Shown here piece after piece: positions 7,781 through 17,983 of a stretch of DNA of 35,666 bases. Each line of letters begins with the position of its first letter. The first letter of the stretch is position 1. The position numbers were made by a program, and so were the translations under genes. Below the pieces are notes generated by a model that was given only the letters and a program-made list of their open reading frames with translations, searched no databases and was not told the DNA's origin. Source of the stretch: Acidobacteriaceae bacterium (GTDB lineage: Bacteria > Acidobacteriota > Terriglobia > Terriglobales > Acidobacteriaceae). The stretch spans positions 1 through 35,666 of the forward strand of contig JBAUZR010000636.1 in the NCBI GenBank assembly GCA_049585375.1, written 5' to 3'.

Positions 7781-9883
7781 ATGAGTGTTGGAGAGATAAC
7801 CGCACTGCCTCCGGTGGCGGCGCGGCGGCATACCGAACGAACTGTGCACGGCCACACCCTGGTCGACGATTATGCCTGGCTGCGCGAGAAGGAGAGCCCC
7901 GAGGTGCTCGCGTATCTTGAGGCGGAGAACGCGTACTGCTCTCAGGTCATGTCCGGAACTGAAGATCTGCAGAAGCAGCTTTACGACGAGATGCTCAGCC
8001 ACATCAAAGAAACCGACATCTCCGTGCCCTTCCGTGATCGCCAACACTGGTACTACTCCCGCACCGAGCAGGGAAAGCAGTACGAGATCTTTTGTCGCAA
8101 GCGCGGAACGGCCGAGGAGCCGACCGGCGATGAGGAGATCCTCCTCGACGTAAACGCGCTGGCCGAGCACGAGAGCTTCCTCGCCCTGGGCACCATGGTC
8201 ATCTCCGACGACGAGAACCTGCTCATCTACTCCTGCGACAACAAAGGCTTCCGTCAGTACACGCTCTATGTCAAAGATCTGCGCACCGGCGCGGTGCTCA
8301 ACGAGCGAGTACAGCGAGTAGGCTCCGTGGTGTGGGCGGCGGATAATCGGACCATCTTCTACACCGTTGAGGACGAGGAGCAGAAGCGCCAGTTCCAGCT
8401 CTTCCGGCACGTCCTGGGCACGCCGCACACCGATGACCCGCTCATCTACGAGGAGAAGGACGAGCGTTTCAACATCGGCGTCGGCCGCACCCGCGACGAC
8501 CTGTATCTGATTCTCGAAAGCGCCAGCCACACCGCGACCGAGGAGCGTCTGCTGCCGGCGAATGATCCGATGGGCGCCTGGCGGCTCATTGAGCCGCGCC
8601 GCGATGAGATCGAGTACTACGCCGACCATCGCAATGGCCGGCTGTATCTGCGCGTGAACGACGCCGGGCGAAACTTCCGCCTCGTCACCGCTCCTCTGGA
8701 AACACCCGGCCGCGACCACTGGACCGAGCTGATCCCGCATCGCCCCGAGGCCATGCTGGAGGAAGTCGATCTGTTTGCCCATCACGCGGTGGTGTGGGAG
8801 CGCCGCGAAGGCCTCCAGCACGTCCGCATCCGTCCGTTCACGAGCGTCGGGCCGGAGATGGCCGAGGGCCGCGAAATTGCCTTTCCGGAGCCCGTCTACA
8901 GCACCCATCCCCATGCCAATCGCGTCTACGACACGGCGAAGTATCGCTACGCGTACCAGTCGCTCGTCACCCCGGCGTCGGTTTTCGAATACGACGTGCG
9001 CACCGGCGAGTCAAAGCTTCTGAAGCAGGTGGAAGTGCCCGGCGGATTTAATCGGGAACTGTATGCGTCGGAGCGAATCTTCGCGAAGGCCCCGGACGGC
9101 GTACAGATTCCCATTTCGCTCGTCTGGCGCAAAGACCAGCGTCAGCCCGGCAAAAATCCGCTCTGGATCTATGGCTACGGCGCCTATGGCTACTCGCTGC
9201 CGCTCGGCTTCAACAGCAATCGCCTCAGCCTCCTCGATCGCGGATTCGTCCTGGCCTACGCGCACGTCCGCGGCGGCGGCGACATGGGCAAAGCCTGGCA
9301 CGATGCCGGCCGCCTCATGAACAAGCGCAACACCTTCACCGACTTCATCGCTGTCACCGAGCACCTGGTCGCGCAGGGTTACGGTGCGCCGGACCGCGTC
9401 GCGGCCGAAGGCGGCAGCGCCGGCGGCCTCCTGATGGGGGCTGTTGCCAACATGCGGCCCGACCTCTACCGCGTCATCATCGCGCACGTCCCCTTCGTCG
9501 ACGTGATGAACACCATGCTCGATCCCACCCTGCCCCTGACCGTCCCCGAGTACGAAGAGTGGGGCGATCCCAACCAGAAAGAACCCTTTGAGTACATGCT
9601 GAGCTATTCCCCCTATGACAATTTAGAAGCGAAGCCCTACCCGGCCATGCTGGTCAAGACCTCCCTGCACGACAGCCAGGTGATGTATTGGGAGCCGGCG
9701 AAGTACGTAGCGAAGATGCGCACGCTGCGAACCGACGACCGAGTCCTGGTGCTGCACACCAACCTCAGCGCAGGCCACGGCGGCTCCTCAGGCCGCTACG
9801 ACTACCTGAAAGAGATCGCCCTCGATTACGTATTCCTCCTCCGGCAACTTGGGGACCAGCATGGCGTATCTGAACTTCGTTGA
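7781..9883 (+). CDS. ptrB: Oligopeptidase B / protease II (S9A prolyl oligopeptidase family)
   Basis: N-terminal HGHTLVDDYAWLREKESPEVLAYLEAENAY, a beta-propeller region, and a catalytic domain with GGSAGGLLMGAV (nucleophile Ser), DSQV and GHGG. The ATG at 7781 lies downstream of the terminator, so the 7682 start is unlikely. Confidence 0.92.
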   Translation: MSVGEITALPPVAARRHTERTVHGHTLVDDYAWLREKESPEVLAYLEAENAYCSQVMSGTEDLQKQLYDEMLSHIKETDISVPFRDRQHWYYSRTEQGKQYEIFCRKRGTAEEPTGDEEILLDVNALAEHESFLALGTMVISDDENLLIYSCDNKGFRQYTLYVKDLRTGAVLNERVQRVGSVVWAADNRTIFYTVEDEEQKRQFQLFRHVLGTPHTDDPLIYEEKDERFNIGVGRTRDDLYLILESASHTATEERLLPANDPMGAWRLIEPRRDEIEYYADHRNGRLYLRVNDAGRNFRLVTAPLETPGRDHWTELIPHRPEAMLEEVDLFAHHAVVWERREGLQHVRIRPFTSVGPEMAEGREIAFPEPVYSTHPHANRVYDTAKYRYAYQSLVTPASVFEYDVRTGESKLLKQVEVPGGFNRELYASERIFAKAPDGVQIPISLVWRKDQRQPGKNPLWIYGYGAYGYSLPLGFNSNRLSLLDRGFVLAYAHVRGGGDMGKAWHDAGRLMNKRNTFTDFIAVTEHLVAQGYGAPDRVAAEGGSAGGLLMGAVANMRPDLYRVIIAHVPFVDVMNTMLDPTLPLTVPEYEEWGDPNQKEPFEYMLSYSPYDNLEAKPYPAMLVKTSLHDSQVMYWEPAKYVAKMRTLRTDDRVLVLHTNLSAGHGGSSGRYDYLKEIALDYVFLLRQLGDQHGVSELR

Positions 9884-9918
9884 AGATTTGTGTTCTGCCC
9901 CTGTATCAGGGCGCGACT

Positions 9919-11211
9919 TCAGTCGTGCCGTAAAGGCCGCAGGGTCAAACGGGCTTTAGCCCCGGATTCTTCCCGCCGGCTCAGCCGCGCCAGCACCCAA
10001 TAACTGGCCGCAGCCAGCGCGGCATCGGTGAGCAAACTGGCCAGCGCCGCGCCCTGCCAGGACCACCGCGGAATCAGCAACCAGTTCAGGCACAGATTCA
10101 GCGCAGCCGCGCCAAACTGCGTAGCCGTCCGGTTCCACTGCGAAGCGGACCCGGTAATCGCCGACCCCCACGAGTAGTGCAGCGCCCGCAGCACCGGCAG
10201 CAGACACAGCCAGCGCAGCGCATGCACCGAGTCCCCAAACGACGGCCCAAAAAGAACCGGCAACAGCGGCGCAGCAAGAGCAAGTAAAACCGCCGACATC
10301 ACCGCCAGCGGCAGCGTCCGGCGAAGCGTAGTCCGCGCAAAGTCCCGGGCAGCGACCACACCGCCCGCGCCATGTCGGAAAAACCGCGGAGCCGCCGCAG
10401 CATACACCGCATAAATCGGAGCGCTGGCCGCATCCACCACGCGGTAGGCAGCCGAGTAGATGCCGGCTGCGTGCATCTGGCCGAGTCCAGCGAGAAAGGT
10501 CTTATCAATGTCGTTGTAGACCGAGATCGAGCTGCTCGACAGAGAAAAACTCAGACCCTCGCTGAGATCCCCCCGTCGCACCGCGGCAAAGCGCGGCCAC
10601 CCCAGCCGAATCGTCGCCACCAGCAGAGCAAAAACAGCAACCGCCAAAGTAGCGATCCAATAAAGATGCGCCCACAGCAGCGCGCTCGACTGCAAATGAT
10701 GGACGCGGACGAACCTCCACAAGCCCGCCGCGGCAACAGCGCGCCCCACATACGTCAGCGCGGTCAGCCGCGCCGTCCACGCCAACCGGCCCGCTCCCTG
10801 AAAGGCGCGAGCGCTGAGCTGGACCAGCTTTCCCAGCAATCCATCCGCGAGCGCGATCCACGGCACCAGCGTCCGCAGCTCCGGACGCAGCGCAAAGTGC
10901 GCGATCAGCATCGAGACGCCCAGCAGCACCAGAAATCCCACCGCCGTGAACAGCAGCGCATGCCCCCACGTCCGCGGAAAGCTGGCGCGATCGCGGCTCA
11001 CATTGCGAACCAGGATCATCTCCATCCCAAGCGAGCTGAACTGGCTCAGCGAAGCGATCAGCGCGGCCACCCCGACGAAGGCCCCGTATTCGCGGCTCCC
11101 CAGCGCTCGCCCGATCAGGATGAAGTAAACAATCTGCGCCCCCATCGCGACGCCCTGTCCGGAGATCATCCACAGGGACCCGCGCCACAGGGACTCTTCT
11201 TCCGGCGGCAT
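9919..11211 (-). CDS. wzx: Polysaccharide flippase (Wzx/MOP superfamily)
   Basis: 430 aa polytopic membrane protein with a Wzx-like N-terminus (ISGQGVAMGAQIVYFILIGRALGSREYGAF...). It is the last gene of the EPS operon, and its start overlaps the GT4 stop by 1 nt. Confidence 0.8.
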   Translation of the reverse strand: MPPEEESLWRGSLWMISGQGVAMGAQIVYFILIGRALGSREYGAFVGVAALIASLSQFSSLGMEMILVRNVSRDRASFPRTWGHALLFTAVGFLVLLGVSMLIAHFALRPELRTLVPWIALADGLLGKLVQLSARAFQGAGRLAWTARLTALTYVGRAVAAAGLWRFVRVHHLQSSALLWAHLYWIATLAVAVFALLVATIRLGWPRFAAVRRGDLSEGLSFSLSSSSISVYNDIDKTFLAGLGQMHAAGIYSAAYRVVDAASAPIYAVYAAAAPRFFRHGAGGVVAARDFARTTLRRTLPLAVMSAVLLALAAPLLPVLFGPSFGDSVHALRWLCLLPVLRALHYSWGSAITGSASQWNRTATQFGAAALNLCLNWLLIPRWSWQGAALASLLTDAALAAASYWVLARLSRREESGAKARLTLRPLRHD

Positions 11212-12347
11212 CAGCCCAGAGCTTCTGAGTAGAGGTCTTCGAGCCGCGCGGTCTGCGTTTCGAGGCTGAACAAAGCTTCGGCGCGCCGTCGCCCCGCCGC
11301 AGCCAGCCGCACAGCAAGATCGGGATCGTCGAGCACCGTGTTCATCGCCTCGGCCAGAGCCCGATCATTGCGCGAGGCGACAAGCAGCGCCGTCTCGTTT
11401 TCGACCACGGCTTCAGCGACGCCGGGTCCGTGAAACGCCACAACAGGCAGCCCGATGGCCTGAGCCTCGCACAGAGTAATTGGCAGCCCTTCGGTATCGC
11501 CGTTGGAAGCCACGATGCTGGGCGCCGCGATGAGGCTGGCGCGCAGCATCAAATCGCGCACAACGTTCGGCGGCTGCGATCCCAGGAAGGTGCAGCTGCG
11601 CAGGCCCGCGCGGGCCTGCGCGCGTAGTGGATCCAGCAGCGGCCCGTCGCCAACGATCAGAAGTTTGGCGTGCGCGTGCCGGCTCTCCACATCCGCCATC
11701 GCGCGGATCAGATACTCGCATCCCTTCTTTTCCACCAGGCGCCCCACAAACAGAACGATAGGATCGCGGGAGCGCGAGCGCAGCGGGTCCGGCGCGAAGA
11801 GGTTCAGGTCAACCCCAATCGGAATGGTTCGAATCTTGTCTTCAGGGACGCCAAACTCCAGCGCCTGCTGATGGATATGCTCCGAGACGCAAATGAAAAA
11901 GCGCGCCCGTGCCCTCAGTTCCTTACGCCGCCGCAGAAAGACACGGCCCGCAATCGTCTCCCGCAGAGCCTCGTCCGTAGTCGTGGCGTCGTAACCGTGC
12001 AGGGTCACCAGCAGCGGCACCCGCAGCTCCTTCTGCAGTGGAAGCGCCGCGGCCCCGTCCGGCGCGAAATGCGCATGGATCAGCACGGGACGAATGCGCT
12101 CCAGAGCGCGAACAAACTTCGGAGCAGTGCCGGTGGCCAGAAAGAAGCGCCGCCGCACCTTATCGGCGGGTTTGTCGGTTTGCGTGAGCAGCACGGATTC
12201 GCAGGGATCGACAGGCAGCCCGGCCGGTACCCTGCGCAGACCCGCGAACCGCGGCGAGTACCGCCGAAGCGCGTGCGCCTGCGAGGCCACAAAAGTTTCT
12301 GACGGCGGCAGCAGTTCGGAGCGGTAAATGACGACGGTTGGATTCAC
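11211..12347 (-). CDS. Glycosyltransferase family 4 (GT-B)
   Basis: C-terminal [20 protein letters not shown]...VENETALLV is the GT4 E-x7-E type block. The GTG at 12347 forms a GTGA overlap with the upstream stop; the alternative start is 12368. Confidence 0.88.
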   Translation of the reverse strand: MNPTVVIYRSELLPPSETFVASQAHALRRYSPRFAGLRRVPAGLPVDPCESVLLTQTDKPADKVRRRFFLATGTAPKFVRALERIRPVLIHAHFAPDGAAALPLQKELRVPLLVTLHGYDATTTDEALRETIAGRVFLRRRKELRARARFFICVSEHIHQQALEFGVPEDKIRTIPIGVDLNLFAPDPLRSRSRDPIVLFVGRLVEKKGCEYLIRAMADVESRHAHAKLLIVGDGPLLDPLRAQARAGLRSCTFLGSQPPNVVRDLMLRASLIAAPSIVASNGDTEGLPITLCEAQAIGLPVVAFHGPGVAEAVVENETALLVASRNDRALAEAMNTVLDDPDLAVRLAAAGRRRAEALFSLETQTARLEDLYSEALG

Positions 12348-13708
12348 GGAACTTCCTGCGCCCCCCATCGAGCAGCGCTCCTCAGGCGATGACGCCGCAG
12401 GGACAGGATTGCATGCGGGGTGGAGCTGCCGGTGTGATGGCAGTCACGAAAGGCAGAATCGACCGTCACCAGTGCCGCGACGCACAGAACCCAGAAGAGC
12501 CCGTTGTAAAGAAGCAGCGTGTTTTCATCCAGATCGTACAAAACAACCAGAAACAGTACCGCCAGCGGGAAAGCGATGCGATCGATGGAGCCCCGCTTCC
12601 AAACCACCCACAGCTGCCGAACCGCACGCAGGCCGGTCAGCAGAAAAAGCACAAGCCCCGCCACCCCCAGCTCCAGCGCGATTTCCAGGAATCCATTGTG
12701 AGCGTGCACCACCACAAAGTGCACGGCCGCAGCAATCTGCAGAGATGGCCCCTGCATCCCGCGCCAAAAAGCGTCGTACCCGTAGCCAAGCCACGGATGT
12801 CGAACGATGCTCTGCACAACCTGCGCCCATATGGCCGTTCGCCCGGAAAGCGTAGGATCGCGGCCGAACAACGGAGCCAGCCGTGGGTATTCCACCCGAC
12901 CCAGCACCGCCAGGCTCAGCGCAGCAGTGGGCGCGGCGACCGCCAGAACCATCCGCATGCGCTGACTGCATCGCCGCCCGATCCGGACCAGCAGCCACAG
13001 AAGAAGCAGCGCCCCCTCGATGATCCACGCCCCCCGCGAGCCACTCATGATCAACACAAAGAGGAACAGAGCCAGGCTCGCCATCCGCCCGATCGTGATC
13101 CGTTCCCCGAACAGAATGACAGCCGTGGCCAGAACCATCATCCGGCCGCACGCATTCTTCTGCGTGAACACTCCCTGCCAGTCGACGGCATGCCCGGGCG
13201 AATGATCGAGGCCGCTCGCAGGCAGCAACAGAGCAACCACCACCGTCGCCACCGCCAGTGTCACCAGGGTCAGGCGCAGAATCGCCAACTGACGCGGCTG
13301 CGGAAAGCGAGCAGCGAAGTACACGCCAAACACCCCGGCAAGCGCGAATGGAATGGCGCGCCGCAGCGTCAGCGCGGGATCCAGCGACCACGCGGTCGAC
13401 GCGATGGCCAGCACGGCCACCACGGCAAGCCACGGCACGGCCCCAATCCGCCGCAAAACCAGGCGCGGCCGCAGCAACAGCAGCACGAGAATTAGCGCAT
13501 TGGCAAAAACCTGGGAGAGGATGCCGCCGACGGTATTCAGGTTCGACGGGGCACTGGCCGTCATCTCCAGTGCCTGCGCCGGCGCAATGCCCGGTATCGA
13601 TCCCTGCATGGCGAAAAATGCGAACAGCGCAGCGCAGGCCAGGTCTTCCAGGCGCGGAGAAGGGAAGTCGCGGACCGTGAGCCGCCGAAAAGGATGCAGC
13701 GCACTCAT
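12344..13708 (-). CDS. wzy: O-antigen ligase/polymerase-like membrane protein (Wzy-type)
   Basis: 454 aa with about 10 or more TM segments and a large loop, in the style of the Wzy_C/O-antigen ligase family. There is an ATGA overlap with the wza stop (13705-13708). Confidence 0.78.
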   Translation of the reverse strand: MSALHPFRRLTVRDFPSPRLEDLACAALFAFFAMQGSIPGIAPAQALEMTASAPSNLNTVGGILSQVFANALILVLLLLRPRLVLRRIGAVPWLAVVAVLAIASTAWSLDPALTLRRAIPFALAGVFGVYFAARFPQPRQLAILRLTLVTLAVATVVVALLLPASGLDHSPGHAVDWQGVFTQKNACGRMMVLATAVILFGERITIGRMASLALFLFVLIMSGSRGAWIIEGALLLLWLLVRIGRRCSQRMRMVLAVAAPTAALSLAVLGRVEYPRLAPLFGRDPTLSGRTAIWAQVVQSIVRHPWLGYGYDAFWRGMQGPSLQIAAAVHFVVVHAHNGFLEIALELGVAGLVLFLLTGLRAVRQLWVVWKRGSIDRIAFPLAVLFLVVLYDLDENTLLLYNGLFWVLCVAALVTVDSAFRDCHHTGSSTPHAILSLRRHRLRSAARWGAQEVP

Positions 13709-14700
13709 TGCGTGGCGTAGATCAGCGCCGAGCTGGCCGCTGCAGTGATGTTGGCCAGCCCCAGCGACAGATTGCGCATCACGCTGAACGGCACATAAAT
13801 AATGTCGTTCGCCTGCAGAGGAACGTCGGGTTCGCGGCCCCGCTCCATGTCGCGCAGCGGCAAATCGATGGAGAGCGGCCGCCCGTCAATGCTCCGCACC
13901 AGTTTGGCCTTCCGCTCGCTGGCCGTCTTTGCAGCGCCGGACGCCAGCGCGATCGCCTGCAGCACCGTCAGCTTTGAATCGTTCTGCATCACGTAGCCGC
14001 CCGGATGCGCGACGTCCCCCAGCACGTAAACAATCCCCGCCTTGGGGACGAGAACCGTGTCCCCCGGGCGAATGAGGATGTCCGCGTTCAGAGCATCATC
14101 GGCGCGATTAGGAATGAAAGCATGGATCCGCTCAGCGGGCTGCCCATCGCGCGCCTTGCGCTCCACCACAATGTGCCGGTCTGCAAATTCGTTCAGGCCC
14201 CCGGCCAGCGAGAGCACGTCGATCAGCGTCCGTGGCGCGGTCACGCGCACCGTGCCGGGATGCGCGACCTGGCCCAGCACCGTCACCGTCTGCGTGGCGT
14301 ATTCCTCCACCAGCACCGAAACCTCCGGGTGCAGCAGAAAATTGCCGTCGCGATATTTGGCGGCGATCCGGGCCGCGGCCTCCACCGGCGTCAATCCCTG
14401 CACGGGCACATCCCCCGCCAGTTCGAGCGAGATTTCTCCGGAATCGAGCACGCGCACCTTCTGGTCGAGTTCGGATTCGCGCAGCACCGTGATTTGCAGC
14501 AGATCGCCAGGCCCGATCAGGAGCGATTCGGCGGGAGGCCCTGTTGCGTCGGTGGTTCCGGAACCGGCAGGCGCCGGCCCCCCGGCGGAAGGCGTTGCGG
14601 CAGGTGCCTGTGTCGGCTCGTTCTGTGCCGAGCAGGTGAGAAAGGCGGCCAGCAGCGCCGCGATAAGGCCCACTGCCCGGACCCGATCACGCCTGCGCAT
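13705..14700 (-). CDS. wza: Outer-membrane polysaccharide export protein (Wza-like; Poly_export + SLBB domains)
   Basis: LLIGPGDLLQITV...LDQKVRVLDSGEISLELAGDVPVQGLTPVEAAARIAAKY...EVSVLVEEYATQTVTVLGQVAHPGTV...IRPGDTVLVP...VYVLGDV. A signal-like N-terminus runs from the ATG at 14700 with a GGAG SD. The ORF-track start is 14748. Confidence 0.88.
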   Translation of the reverse strand: MRRRDRVRAVGLIAALLAAFLTCSAQNEPTQAPAATPSAGGPAPAGSGTTDATGPPAESLLIGPGDLLQITVLRESELDQKVRVLDSGEISLELAGDVPVQGLTPVEAAARIAAKYRDGNFLLHPEVSVLVEEYATQTVTVLGQVAHPGTVRVTAPRTLIDVLSLAGGLNEFADRHIVVERKARDGQPAERIHAFIPNRADDALNADILIRPGDTVLVPKAGIVYVLGDVAHPGGYVMQNDSKLTVLQAIALASGAAKTASERKAKLVRSIDGRPLSIDLPLRDMERGREPDVPLQANDIIYVPFSVMRNLSLGLANITAAASSALIYATQ

Positions 14701-16966
14701 ACATCGCTCCATGAGAAGCAGCCTCGAGCACCACCCCGAGAACAGCATGGCTCGGGATCTGACGGCTGAGAGCGTCGTGAAGAGAAAGAAACGGCTCCCT
14801 CCGCGTTGTCCCGGCGCGCGCGAAAACGAGAACCGCGTCCGATTGCTGGGCCAGCACCAGCGCGTCGGCGAACTCGGCGGCCGGCCCGTCGATGACGATA
14901 AAGCTGAACTCCTCGCGGCACCGAGCCAGCAGCTGCTGCATGCGGGCCGAAGCGATCAGCTCGGCCGGGCAAGGCGGCCGGGCGCCCGATGACAATACGG
15001 ACAGCAGCGGTGGCGCCGTCTCCGGATGCCCATACTCCGGCGCCTGATCGCTGCTCAGCAGATCGCTGAGGCCCGCCTCCAAAGGCAAAACGCCGCCGGC
15101 CGGCGCAGACCGCAGATCCGCGTCGATGTACAGCACCGGGGCGCCGTATTGCGCCAGAACCGCAGCAAGACTCAGAGCCAGAGTCGGTGATTCGTTTTCG
15201 ATGTAACCGGTGGCAAACATCGCGGGCGCACCCCCTGAAGGCTTGTCAGCCGACGCCCCCGTAACCGTGATGATCTGCGGCGCGCGTCCGCTGTGCGAGA
15301 GCAGAAGCGAAGCGCGCAACCGATGAAGCGATTCGGCAAATGGCGACAGTGGCGCGGCCAACGCAAAATCGGAGCCCGCCGCAGCCTCCAGAACCAGGTC
15401 GGCCGAAGCAGGAGCCGGAAGGAAGCGTTGATACCAGGGCCGCCTCTCCGGCGGACACGCAAGAATGGCAAACACCGGCGCATCAAGCAGCGCTTCGAGA
15501 TCGCCAGCCGTGTGAATAGTATTGTCGGTAAGTTCGCGTGCGATGGCAGCTGCACCGCCGATGCCAAGACCGGCAACAACGGCGACCGCGGCCAGCAGCG
15601 GCAAATTCGGACTCGTGGGGTGGTCCGGCGGAGGGACAAGCGCAGGGCTGACAACAGCGAAGTTGCCGGAGTGCAGACCTTCCAGAACCCCGGTCTGCTC
15701 CAGCCGAGTCTGAAGGCTCGAGTAGAGCGCGCGGCTCTGATCGGCCTCCTGCCGCGCCAGGCGTAAAGCAACCGCGTTCCCCGTCAGACCCGACGCCAGC
15801 GCCTTTTGCTGGTTGAAAGCGTCGCGCGCCGAGGCCTCCGCCTGGACCGCGACATCGTAGTCGCTGTGAGCGCGGTCCCCGAGCCGGCGTACTTCCTCCT
15901 GAATGGATTTGTCCACAGTTTCCAGGCGAGCACGCTGCTCGGCCACCGCCGGCCAGCTTGCCCCGTAGCGCTTCCCTGACTCGGCCAGCTGCGCCTTGCC
16001 CTGCGCCTCCTGTGCGCGCAGCGTCTGCAGCAGCGCGAACGAATTCTGCGTGTTCGCGCCCGCAGCCGGGTTCCCGCCCAGTCCGGAGAGCGCTTCCGCA
16101 TCGCCGCTTTGCACTGCGCGCCAGATCGCCTCCCGCACAATCCGGTTCGATTCCGCCGTAGACAGCGCGGCGTTCAGAGAATCCAGCCGCGCCAGCACAG
16201 GATTGTGTGCGGGGTCGTCGCCGTAATCGCCCGATGCGCGGTCCAGCGTCGCGGCCCGCGCATCCAGACTCTCCGTTTGCTCCTTCAGCGCGGCAAGCTG
16301 CCCCGAAAGCCACGTCGCCGACTGCGCCGCGGCAGAGGATCGCGACTGAAACCCATAATCGGACAGCGCCTGGACGAGAGACCGCACCACCCGCGCCGCG
16401 CGAGCCGGATCCGGATCCGAGTAGCTGATGTCGATCAGGCGAGTTCCAGCCTCGGCCACGATTTTGCGATGAGCGGCAAAGATCTTCAGCGCGGCGTACC
16501 GCCGGTTAGGCGCGTCGCTCAAAGGCACAGCGAGCGGCTCCAGCGGCCTCCGCCAGAAGGCGAGCCGATGTAGAAAAGCGAAGCCCCCTGGCCTTGGACC
16601 AAAGTAGTCGCGTGTCTCTTCAAGTCCGGTACTGCGGATGACGTCCAGCGTAAGAGCGTCGGACTGCAGAATCGCCATCTCGGTCTGCAACGTAAGGTTG
16701 TCGTCAAACGAATCGCTGACCTCAGCGGTGGCCTCGTCCGTCGTGGTGTTATCCAGCCCGAACGCTCCGTGAGACTCCTTCTGGATCTCAAGAATCGCTG
16801 TCGCGCGGTAGCGCGGCGTCACCACCGCCCAGTCCATCACCGCCAGGCCTACGAAGAACGCAAGCGAGCCCGCGATCCACACTCGCCGCCGCCAGAAAAC
16901 ACTGCAAAGGTCGATCACGGTCCACTCGGCGCGCGAGTCGATGCCTTCCAAAGAAGTGCGGCTCAC
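14687..16966 (-). CDS. wzc: Wzc/GumC-like polysaccharide co-polymerase with a C-terminal P-loop-NTPase-like domain whose Walker A is degenerate
   Basis: N-terminal Wzz-type TM (VWIAGSLAFFVGLAV..YRATAILEIQ), a long coiled-coil periplasmic region, and a second TM (LPLLAAVAVVAGLGIGGAAAI). The C-terminal domain has VLYIDADLRS (Walker A') and FIVIDGPA (Walker B), but ITVTGASADKPSGGAPAMF... where G-x-GKS/T is expected. GTG start with a GGGAGG SD. Confidence 0.85.
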   Translation of the reverse strand: MSRTSLEGIDSRAEWTVIDLCSVFWRRRVWIAGSLAFFVGLAVMDWAVVTPRYRATAILEIQKESHGAFGLDNTTTDEATAEVSDSFDDNLTLQTEMAILQSDALTLDVIRSTGLEETRDYFGPRPGGFAFLHRLAFWRRPLEPLAVPLSDAPNRRYAALKIFAAHRKIVAEAGTRLIDISYSDPDPARAARVVRSLVQALSDYGFQSRSSAAAQSATWLSGQLAALKEQTESLDARAATLDRASGDYGDDPAHNPVLARLDSLNAALSTAESNRIVREAIWRAVQSGDAEALSGLGGNPAAGANTQNSFALLQTLRAQEAQGKAQLAESGKRYGASWPAVAEQRARLETVDKSIQEEVRRLGDRAHSDYDVAVQAEASARDAFNQQKALASGLTGNAVALRLARQEADQSRALYSSLQTRLEQTGVLEGLHSGNFAVVSPALVPPPDHPTSPNLPLLAAVAVVAGLGIGGAAAIARELTDNTIHTAGDLEALLDAPVFAILACPPERRPWYQRFLPAPASADLVLEAAAGSDFALAAPLSPFAESLHRLRASLLLSHSGRAPQIITVTGASADKPSGGAPAMFATGYIENESPTLALSLAAVLAQYGAPVLYIDADLRSAPAGGVLPLEAGLSDLLSSDQAPEYGHPETAPPLLSVLSSGARPPCPAELIASARMQQLLARCREEFSFIVIDGPAAEFADALVLAQQSDAVLVFARAGTTRREPFLSLHDALSRQIPSHAVLGVVLEAASHGAMYAQA

Positions 16967-16993
16967 AAGCGACCTCCCGATTTGTCGCTGGCC

Positions 16994-17983
16994 TTACACA
17001 TTGCGCAGCAGCACCACCGATCTATCGAAGTCAAAGGCGAAATCCATCTCGTGCAGCCCCGCGCGCAGCATGGTGTCCCGCAGCCGCCGCCGATCCTGCG
17101 TGTGCAGCAGCAGAAACCCGCTGCCCCCCGCCCCCACCAGCTTGCCGCCCGTCGCGCCCCCCTCCGACCGAGCCAGCTCGTACAGCGCGTCAATGTGGCT
17201 GCTCGACATCCGGCAGCACCGCGTCCGCTTCCGCAGCCAGTGCCGATGCATCAGCGATCCGAACTCTGCTACGTGTCCGGCTTCCAGCGCGTCCCGAATC
17301 TCCCGGCCCAGCGACCGCGCAAAGTGCAGGCTGTCGATCATCGCCGGGTCCCGTGCCTCAGAAAGCCGCTTCTGCTCCCCCAGCAGAGAAGAAGCATTGC
17401 GCGTGCTCCCGATAAAAAACAGCATCAGCGAATCCCGCAGCTCCCGCAGCGATTCTTCTGCCATATGCAGCGGCGTCACCCGCACTTCGCCGTCCGGCAG
17501 ATATTCCTGGCACAACAGTCCCCCATATGCGGCGATGTACTGGTCCTGTTTTCCCACCGGCTGCCCCAGCCGGTTCATTTCGATTTCCACCGCCTCCCGC
17601 GCCAGCACCTCCGCCGTCACCGGCTCGCGCTGCAGCGCATAAAGCGCGTGAAGCAGCCCCACCAAAAATGTCCCGGAAGATCCGAGCCCCGTCCCCGCAG
17701 GCACATCCGCCACACTCACCACCTCCAGCGGCGACGAGGCGCGGTGCATCCGAATCGCTTCCCGCAGCAACGGGTGCCGTATCTCATCGCAGGTAGCAGC
17801 GTGCTCCGTCTCCGAATACTTCAGAAAGTAGCCCGGCAAAAAGCTGCGATTCACTGTGATATAGACGTATTTGCTGATGGCCGCCGAGATGACGAACCCT
17901 CCGCCGTGCTCCTGGTAATACGAGGGAAGATCGGTGCCGCCGCCGCCGATCGAAATTCGCAGAGGCGTCCGCGTCATGATCAT
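16994..17983 (-). CDS. hddA: GHMP-family sugar kinase, D-glycero-alpha-D-manno-heptose-7-phosphate kinase-like (HddA)
   Basis: MIMTRTPLRISIGGGGTDLPSYY...GGFVISAAISKYVYI...DVPAGTGLGSSGTFLVGLL is the GHMP motif and the HddA-type N-terminus. It lies in a locus with gmhA, gmhB and hddC. Confidence 0.85.
   Translation of the reverse strand: MIMTRTPLRISIGGGGTDLPSYYQEHGGGFVISAAISKYVYITVNRSFLPGYFLKYSETEHAATCDEIRHPLLREAIRMHRASSPLEVVSVADVPAGTGLGSSGTFLVGLLHALYALQREPVTAEVLAREAVEIEMNRLGQPVGKQDQYIAAYGGLLCQEYLPDGEVRVTPLHMAEESLRELRDSLMLFFIGSTRNASSLLGEQKRLSEARDPAMIDSLHFARSLGREIRDALEAGHVAEFGSLMHRHWLRKRTRCCRMSSSHIDALYELARSEGGATGGKLVGAGGSGFLLLHTQDRRRLRDTMLRAGLHEMDFAFDFDRSVVLLRNV

Noticed and set aside
7760-8914. 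384-aa minus-strand ORF inside ptrB. The same applies to 12338..13495 (+), 16769..18118 (+), 20114..21001 (-), 21067..22062 (-), 25180..26370 (-), 31896..33245 (-) and 34894..35640 (-).
   Set aside because: All lie antisense to, or out of frame with, genes that have strong family signatures. Their products are low-complexity (R/G/A/P/H-rich). They are long only because stop codons are rare in GC-rich sequence.
9897-9913. Possible bidirectional terminator hairpin between the convergent ptrB and wzx (CCCTG-TAT-CAGGG)
   Set aside because: The stem is only 5 bp with a 3-nt loop, there is a bulge beyond that, and no T/A tracts flank it. It is too weak to call.
16140-16160. tRNA T-loop-like string GGTTCGATTCC on the + strand
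   Set aside because: The flanking bases form only a 3-bp T-stem, and no acceptor, D or anticodon arms are evident. It lies inside the wzc coding sequence on the opposite strand. This is a chance match.
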